DNA of 64,000 nt from Polyangiaceae bacterium (GCA_965222375.1 CBDCTZ010000012.1:352001-416000); one strand, 5' to 3'; positions 37,976 through 49,300 are shown, numbered from the stretch's first letter. Notes: a model not told the origin generated them from the letters alone. Numbers and translations are program-made.

Positions 37976-40900
37976 ATGTTCAAAGTCGAGTGCCCCAGTT
38001 GTAGCGCACCATACCAAGTAGACGAGCGCCGGATTCCATCCAGCGGCTTGAAAATGCGCTGTCCCAAGTGCGGCGGGTCCTTCCAGGTCGACCCACCGTC
38101 CGACCCCCGCACGACCGGCCCAAGCCCAGTGCTCGGTGGGGCGCTTGGCGCGCCGAAGCCGAAGCCACCCAAAGCCACCATGCTCGGAGTGGCGGCTCCA
38201 CCTGCGCCGCCTCGGCCTGGTGGTGCGCCGCCCAAGCCTGGAGCCGCGCCGCCGCGCCCCGCGCCGGCACCGGCTGCTGCGCCGGCGCCACCGGCCGCGG
38301 ACCTGCCATCACCCGTGGCCAAGCGGCCCCCCCCCAGACCCGCTGCACCCGCGGCCGCAGCGCCCGACAGCATCGATCTTGACGAGCTCGACCTGCCGGC
38401 AGTCGGCGGCCCGCGGCGCGACGAGCCCGGTCTTCCGAGTCCGGTACCAAGCAAGAAGTCGACGCAGTTTGGCTTGGGCGAGTTTGGAGATCTCGAGTTG
38501 CCGGGTGCGGACTTGCCAGCGCCGGCTGCCTCGCCAGCCCAGAAGGCCGGACCCGACCTCGACTTGCCCGTGGTGGGCGATGGGCGCCCGAAGCAGCCAA
38601 GCTTCGACGACGAACTCGGGCTGCCCGCACCTCGGCAGCCCGAGGCCATCGGTGGTCCGGATCCCATCGACCTTCCTGCCGTGTCCGCAGATGCTGCGCC
38701 AAGTTTCGGCGAGGCGGACTTGCCCGTGGCAGGTCGGGGCTACGCTGACGGCGTGGGTCTGCCCAGCCCCGCAGGCGATCTCCCGACACCCACGGGGCGC
38801 GGCGTGGGCTTGCCCAGCCCGCAGAACGCAGCTCCTCCCATGCTGGCGGGCGACTTGCCAACGGCGTCTGCCGGGTTGCCACAGGTCGCTGCGGGCTTGC
38901 CGACCGCGTCGGCAGGTTTGCCGGCGGCCGCCGCCGGGCTACCGACTGCTGCGGCCGGTCTGCCCGACATGGCAGCCGGTCTACCCACGGACGCTGCCGG
39001 TCTGCCGACGGGTGCTGCGGGGTTGCCGACGGGTGCTGCGGGATTGCCCACGAATGCTGCGGGCCTGCCCACGGACGCGGCAGGCATGCCCGCTGACGCG
39101 GGCGGTCTGCCGCAGCACCCCGGTGGCACACTACCCATAGGAGCCGAAGCAGATCTTTCGGCGCCCGGCTCTGCCCAATGGGGTGCAGAAGCTCCCCTGA
39201 GCGGCGAGCCCGCTGCCGGCGTGGTGCGCCAACAGGGGGGCGGCACTGCGTTTGGGGAAGTGAACTTGGATGCAGGTGGCGACGACGTTGCCTTGGACGG
39301 AGAGTCTGGCGCCCCCCGTGCCGAAGACGACATGGAGTTCGGAGGGATCCCGCAGGAACTCCCCGGTGGTGCGCAGCCGTCTCTGCCAACCGCCGGTGTT
39401 GCGCCGATTCAAGTTGCACCACCGCCTCCCAAACGCCGCGTGGGCTTGCGCGCCATCGCTGCTGGTGTGGTCGTGTTCGTAATCGGAGGCGCGTCGCTGT
39501 CGCTGATTCCGGATGTCGGACCTTTCGGTGTTTATTGGATCCTCGACAAGCTCCAGAGTGGAGAACACGCGCGGTTGCTCGAGGACACCAAGACGCGCAG
39601 TCGCGAGCTCCTCGGCAAGGACACAGCCGCAGACGCCAAGAAGGCACTCGCTCTGGTGGCGAGCGCCCGCAAGAAAGCCCGCCGAATGCCGGCGTTGCCT
39701 GCCTACGCCGCCTATGTGGCCTACATCGCAGAGCTGCGCTTTGGGACGGATCCGGCGGAAAACGCCCGGGCCAAGGTGCTGCTCGATGAGCTGAAAGAAG
39801 TCAAAGAGTTGAGTGAACTTGATCTGGCTCGCGCAGCGCAGCGGGCGGCGGGCGGCCAACCTGCCAAGGCGCGAACGATGCTGGCTCGCTTGAAGAAGAA
39901 GGGCGCCAAACCCATCGATGCTCTGGTGTTGGAAGGTGAGATGGAGCTCGGGGCCGGAGATGCCGTCGCCGCAGAGCGCGCCTGGAAAGCGGCGGATGGC
40001 ATCGAAAAGTCTGCTCGCACCGCCTTCGGTTTGGCCCGAGCCAAGCGGTCCGGCGGCGCATTAGTAGAGGCAGAGAAGCTCGCGCGTACTGCGCTGGAGC
40101 GCAACGCTGATCACGTGGGCGCGAAGCTCTTGGTGGCGGACGTGCTGTGGCGCACGGCCCGCAAAGAGGAGCAGTCCGTCAAACTTGCCGAGGGTGTCAC
40201 CAAGAAAGCCGAGCTTGCGAGCAACGGCGAACGCGTTCGAGCCCATACCTTGCTCGGAGAGATTCATCTGGCCCGCTCCCGGATCTCCCACGCGGAAAAC
40301 GCCTTCGCTGAGGCTCTGAAGATCGATCCCAAGGCGGCGGATGCACTGGCGGGGCTGGGCGATGCCCTCTACCGTTCTGGCCGTTTTTCCGAGGCCCTGG
40401 CACGCTTCGAAGCCGGTACCCAGGCAGATCCACAAAGCGTGAACGCCAAGGTTGGCGTGGCTAAGTCCATGCTGGCCCTCGAGCGACTGCAAGATGCCAA
40501 GAATCTGACTTTGCAGCTGTATGGAGCCAACCCCAAGTCGATGCGCGTGGCCTACTGGCACGGCCGAGTGCAAGAGGCCGTGGGCGCCCGCAAAGAGGCT
40601 GCAGTGGCCTACCGCAAGGCGGTCGAACTCGGCGGCAAGGACGCTGAAGTCGTCGATGCCTACATCGCTTTGGCACTGCTCGAAAACCAAGCCGGTCGCG
40701 TCGAAGAGGCGCAGAAGATCTTGAACGAGGCGAAAGAGAAGCTGCCGGCGACCGCCGCTCTGCACGTGGCCTTCGGGGACTTGGCGTTGACTCAAGGTCG
40801 CTACGACGACGCGGTGACTGAACTGACCGCCGCGCTCAAGCTCGACTCCGCAGACGTCGGCGCCAAGTTCCGCATGGGCGTTGCTCATCGCAAGAGCAAG

Positions 40901-41854
40901 AATTTCGATAAAGCTGCGCAGTTCTTCGACGAAGTCGCAAACGCCGATAAGGAGTACCCTGGGCTGGCGCTCGAGCGCGGCTTGCTCTTCGAGGTGTCTG
41001 GCAAGACGGAGGAGGCCCTCAAGGCCTATGAGGCCGCACTCAAGAAAGCGCCTAATGACCCAGACTTGATGCTGCGCGTTGGCTGCGGCTACGCCGCCAG
41101 CAACAGTGGCAAACGGGCGGAGAAGCTAATGCGCAAGGTGCTGCAGCAACGCCCATCTTCCGCGGAAGCCCACCACTGCATGGGGCGCGCGTTGCTCGTG
41201 CAACGCACCAACTTGGCCGAGGCCCTCAAGACCCTGGAGCGCTCCGTGGCCCTGGATCCGAATCGCGCCGAGTATCACCTATTCGTCGGTTGGGCTGCTG
41301 TGGAAGCCGGGCGCAACGGACTTGCAGAAAGCTCTCTCAAGCGCGCGCTTGAACTCGACCAGGGCTTGGGTGATGCCTACTGGCAGCGCGGCGTGTTGCG
41401 TAATCGCCAAGGTGCTGTGCGCACCGCGGTGAAGGATCTGCGAAAAGCATTGGAGCTCAAGCCTTCCCGTTTCGAGGCTCATGCCGCTCTCGCCGACAGC
41501 TACGCGGATCTGGGGCGAGAAGTGGACGCCATGAGCGAATGGCAAAAGGCCATCCATGCAAACGGTGAGAACGCGACCTGGCGCTATCGCTACGGTCGCC
41601 TGCTGGTGGACAATCGCCGCGCTGGCGAAGCCCGCACGCAATTGGAAAAAGCCATCGCCATCGGCAGCAAACAGGATCCCCGCCCGATCTGGCTCGGTGA
41701 GGCTCACTATCACATGGCCCGCGCCATTGGCCGGAGTCCGGCTGCGGTGGAGCATTGGCAAGCGTTCTTGAAGCTCGGCCAGCGGGAGTCGCCCTACCGG
41801 GCGGAAGCCAAGAAGGAACTCACCGCCCTGGGCAAGCCTTGGGAAGGTGACTGA
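37976..41854 (+). CDS. MJ0042-type zinc-ribbon / Pro-rich linker / TM / TPR protein
   Basis: CPSCSAPY..MRCPKC, DLP repeats, one TM helix, many TPRs. Confidence 0.88.
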   Translation: MFKVECPSCSAPYQVDERRIPSSGLKMRCPKCGGSFQVDPPSDPRTTGPSPVLGGALGAPKPKPPKATMLGVAAPPAPPRPGGAPPKPGAAPPRPAPAPAAAPAPPAADLPSPVAKRPPPRPAAPAAAAPDSIDLDELDLPAVGGPRRDEPGLPSPVPSKKSTQFGLGEFGDLELPGADLPAPAASPAQKAGPDLDLPVVGDGRPKQPSFDDELGLPAPRQPEAIGGPDPIDLPAVSADAAPSFGEADLPVAGRGYADGVGLPSPAGDLPTPTGRGVGLPSPQNAAPPMLAGDLPTASAGLPQVAAGLPTASAGLPAAAAGLPTAAAGLPDMAAGLPTDAAGLPTGAAGLPTGAAGLPTNAAGLPTDAAGMPADAGGLPQHPGGTLPIGAEADLSAPGSAQWGAEAPLSGEPAAGVVRQQGGGTAFGEVNLDAGGDDVALDGESGAPRAEDDMEFGGIPQELPGGAQPSLPTAGVAPIQVAPPPPKRRVGLRAIAAGVVVFVIGGASLSLIPDVGPFGVYWILDKLQSGEHARLLEDTKTRSRELLGKDTAADAKKALALVASARKKARRMPALPAYAAYVAYIAELRFGTDPAENARAKVLLDELKEVKELSELDLARAAQRAAGGQPAKARTMLARLKKKGAKPIDALVLEGEMELGAGDAVAAERAWKAADGIEKSARTAFGLARAKRSGGALVEAEKLARTALERNADHVGAKLLVADVLWRTARKEEQSVKLAEGVTKKAELASNGERVRAHTLLGEIHLARSRISHAENAFAEALKIDPKAADALAGLGDALYRSGRFSEALARFEAGTQADPQSVNAKVGVAKSMLALERLQDAKNLTLQLYGANPKSMRVAYWHGRVQEAVGARKEAAVAYRKAVELGGKDAEVVDAYIALALLENQAGRVEEAQKILNEAKEKLPATAALHVAFGDLALTQGRYDDAVTELTAALKLDSADVGAKFRMGVAHRKSKNFDKAAQFFDEVANADKEYPGLALERGLLFEVSGKTEEALKAYEAALKKAPNDPDLMLRVGCGYAASNSGKRAEKLMRKVLQQRPSSAEAHHCMGRALLVQRTNLAEALKTLERSVALDPNRAEYHLFVGWAAVEAGRNGLAESSLKRALELDQGLGDAYWQRGVLRNRQGAVRTAVKDLRKALELKPSRFEAHAALADSYADLGREVDAMSEWQKAIHANGENATWRYRYGRLLVDNRRAGEARTQLEKAIAIGSKQDPRPIWLGEAHYHMARAIGRSPAAVEHWQAFLKLGQRESPYRAEAKKELTALGKPWEGD
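38850..39110 (+). repeat. Degenerate 21-bp coding repeat, about 12 copies (xAGLPTx heptads)
   Basis: GDLPTAS-AGLPQVA-AGLPTAS-AGLPAAA-AGLPTAA-AGLPDMA-AGLPTDA-AGLPTGA... Confidence 0.85.
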
Positions 41855-42860
41855 GCCACCACGGGTCGGCACGGCCCCCGTACCCTGCACCCTGCTGGGC
41901 GGATTCCTCGGGGCAGGAAAGACCTCGCTACTCAACCACATTCTGACCAGTGGCGAAGGAGAACGTATCGCCGTCGTCGTCAACGACTTCGGCGACGTGA
42001 GCATCGACGAGGCGTTGATCGCCGAGCGGGACGAGAGTCGGATCGTGCTGGACAATGGCTGCATCTGTTGCAGCGTGCGCGGGGATTTGATCGACGGTGT
42101 CCGAGATCTCTTGCTCACGGAGCCAGTCGTCGACCGGATCGTCGTGGAGATGAGCGGCATCGCAGAACCGGGCGCCGTGGTTCGAACCTTCCGCTTGATG
42201 GCGCAGCATTGGCCCCTGGAGTTGGACGGCGTGGTGGCCGTCGTAGACGCCGAGAACTTCCCTGAAGAGGGTGCGGAGCACTACGTGCTCGCTCGAGATC
42301 AACTAGCGTTGGCGGATCTGATCGTGCTGAACAAGATGGATCTCATCACCTCCGACGCCGCAGTACAGCTGGAAGGGTGCTTGCGCTCCTACGTACCCCA
42401 CGCTCGCCTTGTACGTGCCCAGCACGCAGAGGTTCCCTTGGCTGTCCTGCTCGGTATAGGCAGCCAGGGCGGGCTACCGCGGGAAGGGGCGAATCACGAG
42501 CACTCCGCCTATGCCACCCACACCACGCGGCTGTCACCACCACTGTCCTTGGAGCGCCTGCGAGAGGTGGCCACGGAGCTGCCCTCGAGCGTGTACCGGG
42601 CGAAAGGCTTCGTGCACTTGGCCGACAAGCCGGAGCACAAGCTGGTGTTACAGATCGTTGGCCGTCGCGCTGCCCTGTCCCTAGGCCCCGCCTGGGGGGA
42701 CGAAGAGAGGGGCACCACCATCGTGTTCGTGGGCAACCCCGAGATGGACGGTGCGGCCCTCGACACACTGATCGCCAGCGCCGTCGCCAAAGAGTGCGGA
42801 AAAGCGGCGCCCTTACTGGGCGCCGTGCATTGGCTCAGAACGCGCTTCAGTTCTCGATGA
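41847..42860 (+). CDS. CobW/COG0523 family metallochaperone GTPase
   Basis: [29 protein letters not shown]-terminal YRAKG. Confidence 0.92.
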   Translation: MTEPPRVGTAPVPCTLLGGFLGAGKTSLLNHILTSGEGERIAVVVNDFGDVSIDEALIAERDESRIVLDNGCICCSVRGDLIDGVRDLLLTEPVVDRIVVEMSGIAEPGAVVRTFRLMAQHWPLELDGVVAVVDAENFPEEGAEHYVLARDQLALADLIVLNKMDLITSDAAVQLEGCLRSYVPHARLVRAQHAEVPLAVLLGIGSQGGLPREGANHEHSAYATHTTRLSPPLSLERLREVATELPSSVYRAKGFVHLADKPEHKLVLQIVGRRAALSLGPAWGDEERGTTIVFVGNPEMDGAALDTLIASAVAKECGKAAPLLGAVHWLRTRFSSR

Positions 42861-45054
42861 AGCTCTTGAGTTGCTTGCTGCGGCTGGGGTGACGCAGCTT
42901 GCGGAGCGCCTTGGCCTCGATCTGCCGAATGCGCTCACGAGTGACCTCGAAGTCTTGACCCACCTCTTCCAAGGTGTGGTCGCTCTTCTCGCCGATGCCG
43001 AAGCGCATGCGCAGCACCTTTTCTTCGCGAGGTGTCAAGGTCTTGAGCACGCGGCGGGTCTGCTCCGAGAGGTTCATGCTGATGACGGCCTCTTGCGGCG
43101 ACACCACGCTCTTGTCCTCGATGAAGTCGCCCAAGTGACTGTCTTCTTCTTCGCCGATGGGCGTCTCCAAGCTGATGGGCTCCTTGGCGATCTTGAGTAC
43201 CTTGCGCACCTTATCCAGGGGCAGCTCCATCTTTTCGGCGATTTCTTCGGGCGTCGGTTCCCGGCCGAACTCCTGAACCAAGTAGCGAGAGGTGCGGATC
43301 AGCTTGTTGATAGTCTCGATCATGTGCACGGGAATGCGGATCGTGCGCGCCTGGTCCGCAATGGCCCGGGTGATCGCCTGTCGAATCCACCACGTAGCGT
43401 AGGTCGAGAACTTGTAGCCGCGCCGATACTCGAATTTGTCCACGGCTTTCATCAGACCGATGTTGCCTTCTTGGATCAGGTCCAAGAACTGTAGGCCGCG
43501 GTTGGTGTATTTCTTGGCGATCGAGACCACCAAGCGCAGATTGGCTTCCACCAGTTCTGCTTTGGCGATCTCTGCGCGGCGCTCACCGGCCATGATCTCG
43601 TTGTAAGTAGCCATGAGGCCGACAACGTCGATCTTCAGCTCCTCTTCGACCTTCTTCATGCCCTTCTGAGCGTTTTTCAGGGCTTCGTCGACTTCGGCTA
43701 GGTCCAGCTCACCGGGCTCCATGCCGAGGCGCTCGGCGAAGGTGGCGACCGCACTGGGGTCTTCCTTGGCCTCGCGTAGCATCTTTTTCAGTTCGCTCTT
43801 GGTCGCGCCAGCGGTGCGCTCGAACTCCAGGGCCTTGCCCTGAGCGCGCTGCACCTTCTCGATCATGCTCTTGAGCTTGCGGACGATCTTGTCGATCGTT
43901 TTCTTGTTCAGGCGCATCTCTTGAAGCGTCTCGACGAGTTGGACCTTATGTGCTTCGACGTCCTTGTCGATCGCTTTCTTGCGTACGTCGGCAGCAGACT
44001 TCCGCTCCTCGACGATGTCGTGGTTCTTCTTGTCGATGCGCTTTACGCGATCAATCAAGCGGATGATGCGGCGATCCGCCTCCTCCTCGTCGAACTCATG
44101 CTCCTCGTCTTCGGCGTCGCGCACGATGTCCTTGACGCGGATCTTGTGAGCGCGCAGGCGCTCGCCGATGTCGATGATCTCCCGCACTGCAACGGGGCTG
44201 TTTAGGATGGCCGCCAGAACTTCGTTTTCACCCTCTTCGATCCGCTTGGCGATTTCGACTTCGCCTTCCCGGGTGAGCAGCGCGACACTACCCATCTTCC
44301 GAAGGTACATGCGGACCGGGTCGTTGCTCTTGTAGTAGTCCTCCTCGGAAGCCTTGGCAGGCGTTGCCTGAGCCGGAGCGGGCGTGGCGGGCGCATCCGC
44401 GGCGCCATCGGTCTTGCCTTTGGCCTTGGCCGGCGCTTCTTTTGCGGGTGCTTTGGCATCAGCGGCTTCGTCGATCACCTCGATCTCTGCGCTGTCCAAC
44501 GCGGAGAGCACGTCGTCCATTTGTTCCGCACCGGTGTTGTCCCCGGGCAATGCTTCGTTGACGTCGTCGTAGGTCAAGAACCCCTTGGTCTTGCCCAAGC
44601 TGATCAAGTCTTCGACGCTACCTTTGCCGTTGGACTTGGACGTGCCCTTCTTGGCTTTGGACGCCTTGCCGTTGACGGCCTTCGCGGCGGCGGCAGGCTT
44701 GCCGTTGCTTCGGGCGGTTGTCTTCGTGGTCTTTGCCGCAGCCTTGGTTGCCTTTGTCGACGCCTTCTTGGGAGCGGGCTTGGTCGCCTTGGCCTTCGCG
44801 GCGGTCGCCGCTTTGGTCTTCTTCGCCTTGGCCTTCGCGGCGGTCGCCGCTTTGGTCTTCTTCACGGCGCTCTTGGTCGCCTTGGGCTTGGTCTTCGCGG
44901 CAGCCTTGGGCTTCGCTTTCGCCTTGGGCTTCGCTTTCGCCTTGGGCTTCGCTTTCGCGGTCGCCTTTGCTTTCGTCTTCGCTTTGGCTCGTCCGGCCCC
45001 CTTGCTACGCGTGGTGGTGTTCGTCCGCTTGGTAGACGCTTTTCGTGCTCCCAC
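42847..45054 (-). CDS. rpoD: Primary sigma factor RpoD/SigA with a Lys/Ala-rich N-terminal extension
   Basis: [66 protein letters not shown] before GTG 45054. Confidence 0.97.
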   Translation of the reverse strand: MGARKASTKRTNTTTRSKGAGRAKAKTKAKATAKAKPKAKAKPKAKAKPKAAAKTKPKATKSAVKKTKAATAAKAKAKKTKAATAAKAKATKPAPKKASTKATKAAAKTTKTTARSNGKPAAAAKAVNGKASKAKKGTSKSNGKGSVEDLISLGKTKGFLTYDDVNEALPGDNTGAEQMDDVLSALDSAEIEVIDEAADAKAPAKEAPAKAKGKTDGAADAPATPAPAQATPAKASEEDYYKSNDPVRMYLRKMGSVALLTREGEVEIAKRIEEGENEVLAAILNSPVAVREIIDIGERLRAHKIRVKDIVRDAEDEEHEFDEEEADRRIIRLIDRVKRIDKKNHDIVEERKSAADVRKKAIDKDVEAHKVQLVETLQEMRLNKKTIDKIVRKLKSMIEKVQRAQGKALEFERTAGATKSELKKMLREAKEDPSAVATFAERLGMEPGELDLAEVDEALKNAQKGMKKVEEELKIDVVGLMATYNEIMAGERRAEIAKAELVEANLRLVVSIAKKYTNRGLQFLDLIQEGNIGLMKAVDKFEYRRGYKFSTYATWWIRQAITRAIADQARTIRIPVHMIETINKLIRTSRYLVQEFGREPTPEEIAEKMELPLDKVRKVLKIAKEPISLETPIGEEEDSHLGDFIEDKSVVSPQEAVISMNLSEQTRRVLKTLTPREEKVLRMRFGIGEKSDHTLEEVGQDFEVTRERIRQIEAKALRKLRHPSRSKQLKSFIEN
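44786..44956 (-). repeat. Coding repeats in the rpoD N-terminus: 39 bp twice (44786-44863) and 18 bp three times (44903-44956)
   Basis: Exact copies encoding [13 protein letters not shown] and KAKPKA. Confidence 0.9.
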
Positions 45055-45058
45055 TTTC

Positions 45059-46963
45059 TTACCTCTCTTCGAGCCCGTGACGCTCTCGCGCACGCCGCAT
45101 TTGTTCGCGCAAGAGCTGCATCTCTTGCTCGAAATCTCCGCTCTTCTGAGCGCGTTCTAACTCTTCCAACTCTTCAGTGTTCTGTCGCCTCAGCTCGAGG
45201 CGCTTCAACTTTTCCAAGTTCTCGATAAGCTCATTTCGGGCGTCTTCGAGCTGCTCGTGTTTGGGCGCAGCCAGCCTCGAAGCCGCGAATGGATGGATCG
45301 AAGGAGGCAGCTTCGCAAGCACAAGTTCAGGCTTTTCCAAGTTGCCCTCGTCGTGAGCTTGACGCAGTGCAGCAATTGCCGCTGCACTGTCCCCGTTCAG
45401 CCACTCCGCCCCGGCCACCGCTTCCTGTGTAGTCAACAGCGCGGGATAGTCCAAAAAAGCGCCAAGAATCGCCATTCCGAGGCCGTCCTGAGCGCTGCGT
45501 CGACGCGCCAGTTGGGGTCCGGTTGCCGCCTCCGAGCCCCCACCCGGGCGAGGGCGGAGTGCCCGCAGCACCTGGGAGCGGAGGGTGCGAAAAGTTCGCG
45601 CGTCGGCGATTCCGAGCCGGGAAGCGATGCGATCCGCGTGCTGCTCCGCCAGTGCACGGATGGCCGGGTCGGTGGTGGAGGAGAGGATTTCCACGACTTC
45701 CTTGATCTTGGCTGCCTGGGTTTGGGCGTCCCCGGCGGAAAAACCGCTATCGAGAGCGGTGTCAATGAGGTGCTCTACCAACCCTTGGGCTCCATGGACC
45801 AGTCTTCGGATGGACTCGGCGCCGTGCTCACGGACCAGGTCGTCGGGATCGGCGCCTGCGGGCAGGCTGGCGACCCGAGCCATCAATCCGGCGTCTTGGC
45901 AGGGCTCCCTCGCGGCAGTGACCGCTCGTCGGCCGGCGGCGTCTCCGTCGAAGAGCAGCACGACCGTTGGGACGTAGCGCTTGAGCTGTGCGGCTTGGTC
46001 AACGGTGAAGGCTGTACCAAGGGGAGCAACCACATTGCGGATCCCACGAGCGTGCAAACTCACCACGTCGAAGTTGCCTTCGACGACCAGGCTCTGGCCT
46101 TCGGTTCGGAGTGCTTGTCGCGCTTGGTACAATCCAAAAACGACTTCGCGCTTGCGGTAGATTGGGGACTCCGGCGAGTTGACGTACTTCGCGGGTGGAT
46201 CCGTGCGTGTCGTAGACAAGGCTTCCACACCGGCTTGTCGCAACTCCGCCTCGGTTGGATCATCCAAACAGCGTCCGGAGAAGCCGACGACGCGACCCGT
46301 GGCATCGATCACCGCGAACATCAGGCGGTGACGAAAACGATCGTAGTGACCACCCCCGCCCTTGCGGGGAACCAGCAAACCCACCGTTTCTGCCGCGCGG
46401 GGGTTGAGCTGGGTGTCCCGGAAGTGATCCGCAAGATTGCCCCATCCGTAAGGGGCGTAGCCGACTCGAAAGCTTTGCAGCGCATCGGCGATCGTGTCCG
46501 TCGCGGAGGTGCTGGTCAGGCCGCGACGCTCGAGTTCTTTGCGGGCGTGCTCGGCCAGCGGGTGCTCGAGCAGCATGCGCTCGAAGTAGGCGGCCGCAGC
46601 GTTAGACACGTCGTAGAGTTCTTCCCTCCGCCGCCGGGCTTCGGCGCGCTTGAGTTGGTCCGCCGCACTGGCGTTGTCTTCCACTTCGATGCCGGCGCGC
46701 TCCGCCAGGCGCCGCACAGCTTCGACGAATGACAGCCCCTCGGTCTCTGTCACGAACTTGAAGACGTCGCCGGACGCGCTGCACCCGAAGCAGTGATAGA
46801 AGCCGCGTTCTTCGTTGACGTGAAAGCTCGGAGTCTTCTCCTTATGAAATGGGCACAACCCCACGAAGCTACGTCCCCGCCGAACTAGCTTCACGGTTTC
46901 GCCTATCAGGGATGCGAGCCCTGTTTGGCGGCGAACCCGATCGATGGTTTCCTCTGCGATCAC
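45059..46963 (-). CDS. dnaG: DNA primase
   Basis: CPFH.EKTPSF..CFGC zinc finger, [33 protein letters not shown]. Confidence 0.97.
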   Translation of the reverse strand: MIAEETIDRVRRQTGLASLIGETVKLVRRGRSFVGLCPFHKEKTPSFHVNEERGFYHCFGCSASGDVFKFVTETEGLSFVEAVRRLAERAGIEVEDNASAADQLKRAEARRRREELYDVSNAAAAYFERMLLEHPLAEHARKELERRGLTSTSATDTIADALQSFRVGYAPYGWGNLADHFRDTQLNPRAAETVGLLVPRKGGGGHYDRFRHRLMFAVIDATGRVVGFSGRCLDDPTEAELRQAGVEALSTTRTDPPAKYVNSPESPIYRKREVVFGLYQARQALRTEGQSLVVEGNFDVVSLHARGIRNVVAPLGTAFTVDQAAQLKRYVPTVVLLFDGDAAGRRAVTAAREPCQDAGLMARVASLPAGADPDDLVREHGAESIRRLVHGAQGLVEHLIDTALDSGFSAGDAQTQAAKIKEVVEILSSTTDPAIRALAEQHADRIASRLGIADARTFRTLRSQVLRALRPRPGGGSEAATGPQLARRRSAQDGLGMAILGAFLDYPALLTTQEAVAGAEWLNGDSAAAIAALRQAHDEGNLEKPELVLAKLPPSIHPFAASRLAAPKHEQLEDARNELIENLEKLKRLELRRQNTEELEELERAQKSGDFEQEMQLLREQMRRARERHGLEER

Positions 46964-47164
46964 GAACGGTGAGGCATACTCCAAACTCACACAATGCCAA
47001 GGGACAGATCGGCTTGGGTCATACGCCGACGCTCAGCCCGCCGGTTGGCATCGGGCTTGCAGTCCCCGCCCGCCTGCGACCGAAACGGCATCCAACGGCG
47101 GTTTTTGCCTCCATCCTCCTTCGGCCTGGCAACGCCTCTTCGGCGTGGTACATGGCGCCGCGCC

Positions 47165-48526
47165 GTGCACGGAAAAATATGTGGGTCAGCCTTGGGTCTC
47201 GTCATTCTGGTGATTGGTTGCGGCGAGGACGCGAGCGGCGCCGGTAGCGGTGGCAGTGGTGCCACGGGCGGCAGCGCCGGAACCGGCGCCACGGCAGGGA
47301 GCAGTGGGAGCGCTGGAAGCGGAGGGAGTTCCGGCAGCGCTGGCTCCGGCGGCGTGGGCGCGAGTTCGGGCGCAGGCGGCAGCGCCGGAGCGCCTGGCCC
47401 AGAAGCGAAGTGGTTTCAGGACGTCCGCGACGGGGTGACTCCTGCGAGCGAAGGGCTGCTCAAGATCGCCCAGGCCGGCGGCTTTCCTCTTCCAACGTCC
47501 ACGGGATTCATCTTTGCGCGACTCGACGACGGCAAGGGCCCCTACTCCCTCGCGGGAGACTTCAACGCTTGGGCCCCGGCTGCGATGAAGTCGGAACAGG
47601 GCATGTATTGGATCGAAGTCGCGATTCCGGCTCCGGACGGCGCCAAGTACAAGTTCGTGGACGCTGCGAAAACTTTCGCGGCGGACCCGTACGCTCGCCG
47701 CTACGGCTGGGACCAGAACGGCCAGTACTCCCTGGTCCTTGCCAGCGCGCCGCATCGGGAGCGCTTCCCGCAAATGAGTGGTCAGGGCCGCCCCGCGCGC
47801 ATGGTGCGGGTGTGGATCGCTCAAGAAAAGCCCAGCCACCACCTCTACACCCACGACGGCCAGAACCTTTTCGAACCCACCGCCATCAACGGCGGCTGGA
47901 AACTCGATCAGACCGCAGCGTCGAAGACCCTAGTCATCGGCATTGACAACATCGGTGCTGGCCGAATCGATGAATACACCCACATCGCCGATGACGTGGG
48001 TGGCGGCAACATTGCAGGTGGGCAAGGCGACGCCTACGCCGACTTCGTCGAAAAAGTCGTGCGCCCCGCCGTGGAAAGCCGCTATGGCGCGCCGTCGAAA
48101 GTCGGCGTCATGGGTTCGTCCCTCGGCGGAGTGATCGCAATCCACCAAGTGTTGCGCCACCCAGGTCGATACGACTTCGCCGCCAGCCTCTCGGGTACTC
48201 TGGGCTGGGGCAGCCGCGGTACCCACAAAGAAACCCTGATCGAGCGCTTCGCCAAGGCCGGCAAACAGAGCACCAAGATCTACCTGGACTCCGGGGGCAC
48301 CGCAGGCAGCGGCTGCGTCGATAGCGATTCGGACGGCATTTTCGACGACACTCCGGGCGCCCTCGACAACTACTGCGAGACGATCCAAATGCGCGACACC
48401 TTCAGCGGAGCCGGCTACACCTTCGACACAGATCTGTGGCACTGGCACGAACCCGGCGCCCCGCACAGTGAGACCGCCTGGGCCGCCCGGGCGTTTCGCC
48501 CCCTGACCGCCTTCGAAGCCCTCTAG
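47165..48526 (+). CDS. Lipoprotein: CBM48-like domain plus alpha/beta-hydrolase esterase
   Basis: Lipobox VIGC, LAGDFNAW..YKFVD..DP, HDGQNLF, GSSLGG, YLDSG, HSETAW. Confidence 0.85.
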   Translation: MHGKICGSALGLVILVIGCGEDASGAGSGGSGATGGSAGTGATAGSSGSAGSGGSSGSAGSGGVGASSGAGGSAGAPGPEAKWFQDVRDGVTPASEGLLKIAQAGGFPLPTSTGFIFARLDDGKGPYSLAGDFNAWAPAAMKSEQGMYWIEVAIPAPDGAKYKFVDAAKTFAADPYARRYGWDQNGQYSLVLASAPHRERFPQMSGQGRPARMVRVWIAQEKPSHHLYTHDGQNLFEPTAINGGWKLDQTAASKTLVIGIDNIGAGRIDEYTHIADDVGGGNIAGGQGDAYADFVEKVVRPAVESRYGAPSKVGVMGSSLGGVIAIHQVLRHPGRYDFAASLSGTLGWGSRGTHKETLIERFAKAGKQSTKIYLDSGGTAGSGCVDSDSDGIFDDTPGALDNYCETIQMRDTFSGAGYTFDTDLWHWHEPGAPHSETAWAARAFRPLTAFEAL

Positions 48527-48532
48527 CTCGAG

Positions 48533-48681
48533 CGCTCGTTTCGCGGATCTTGAGTTGGGGGTTGCCCCCCACGCCCTTGCTCGGCTTCGCCTGCGCGGGG
48601 GCTTCCCCCCCAAATCGGCCGCTGCGCGGCCTCAGGGGGGAGTGCAGCCTGTTCGTCGGAAGATCTCGCCGTCGCCGAGCG
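48533..48681. repeat. Structured intergenic element (REP/MITE-like)
   Basis: Imperfect terminal inverted repeats (CGCTCG..GATCTT / AAGATC..CGAGCG) enclosing the hairpins GGGGG-TTG-CCCCC, GGGGG-CTT-CCCCC and GGCCGC-T-GCGCGGCC. Confidence 0.45.
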
Positions 48682-48693
48682 TAATTGGCTGCG

Positions 48694-49089
48694 GTGAAGA
48701 CTCCCCTGCGACTCGCGATCGGCGCCCTCACGGTATTCCCGTTGGTCGCCATCTTCGGCATCGCCTTCTACGCGGCCTACGCCCTGATCACGAACGAACT
48801 CGCCACCCACGGTGCGCTGCGCGATCCTGTCAGCGCCCTGATCGACATGGACAAGGAGCTCTGGGCGATCATCGTCATCGGTGCCTTTTTCATTGCCATC
48901 TACGAACTCGTGCTCGGCTTCGCGTTCATCATCCACGCAGCAACCCGCTCCTACATGTCCGTGGGCGCCAAGATCGCCTGGTCCGCCGCCCTGTTCTTGA
49001 TCGGCTTCGTCGCCGCCCCTCTGTACTGGCTGGTGCACTTGGCTCGCGCTGCTCCCAGACCCTTGGCCGGGAGCTTCACTGGCGTCTAG
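48694..49089 (+). CDS. Small three-TM membrane protein with a PLDc_N-like C-terminus
   Basis: KIAWSAALFLIGFVAAPLYW motif; hydrophobic segments. Confidence 0.7.
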   Translation: MKTPLRLAIGALTVFPLVAIFGIAFYAAYALITNELATHGALRDPVSALIDMDKELWAIIVIGAFFIAIYELVLGFAFIIHAATRSYMSVGAKIAWSAALFLIGFVAAPLYWLVHLARAAPRPLAGSFTGV

Positions 49090-49300
49090 GCGACCTCGAG
49101 GCGACGCAACTGTCCAGGCGGAGCGTGCGCGCAGGGACGGCGCGCCGGCCGCTGCCGCGCCATCCCGCGCGGGTTGAAAGCCGCGCAACTCGCGCCCGCT
49201 TTGACCGACACTGTGCCCCCCCACAAGTCGCGGGTGGGCTCTGTGAGGCGTTTCCGGGCGTGCCCAAGTCGAACTATGCTGCGCGCTTCGCCTCAGGCGC

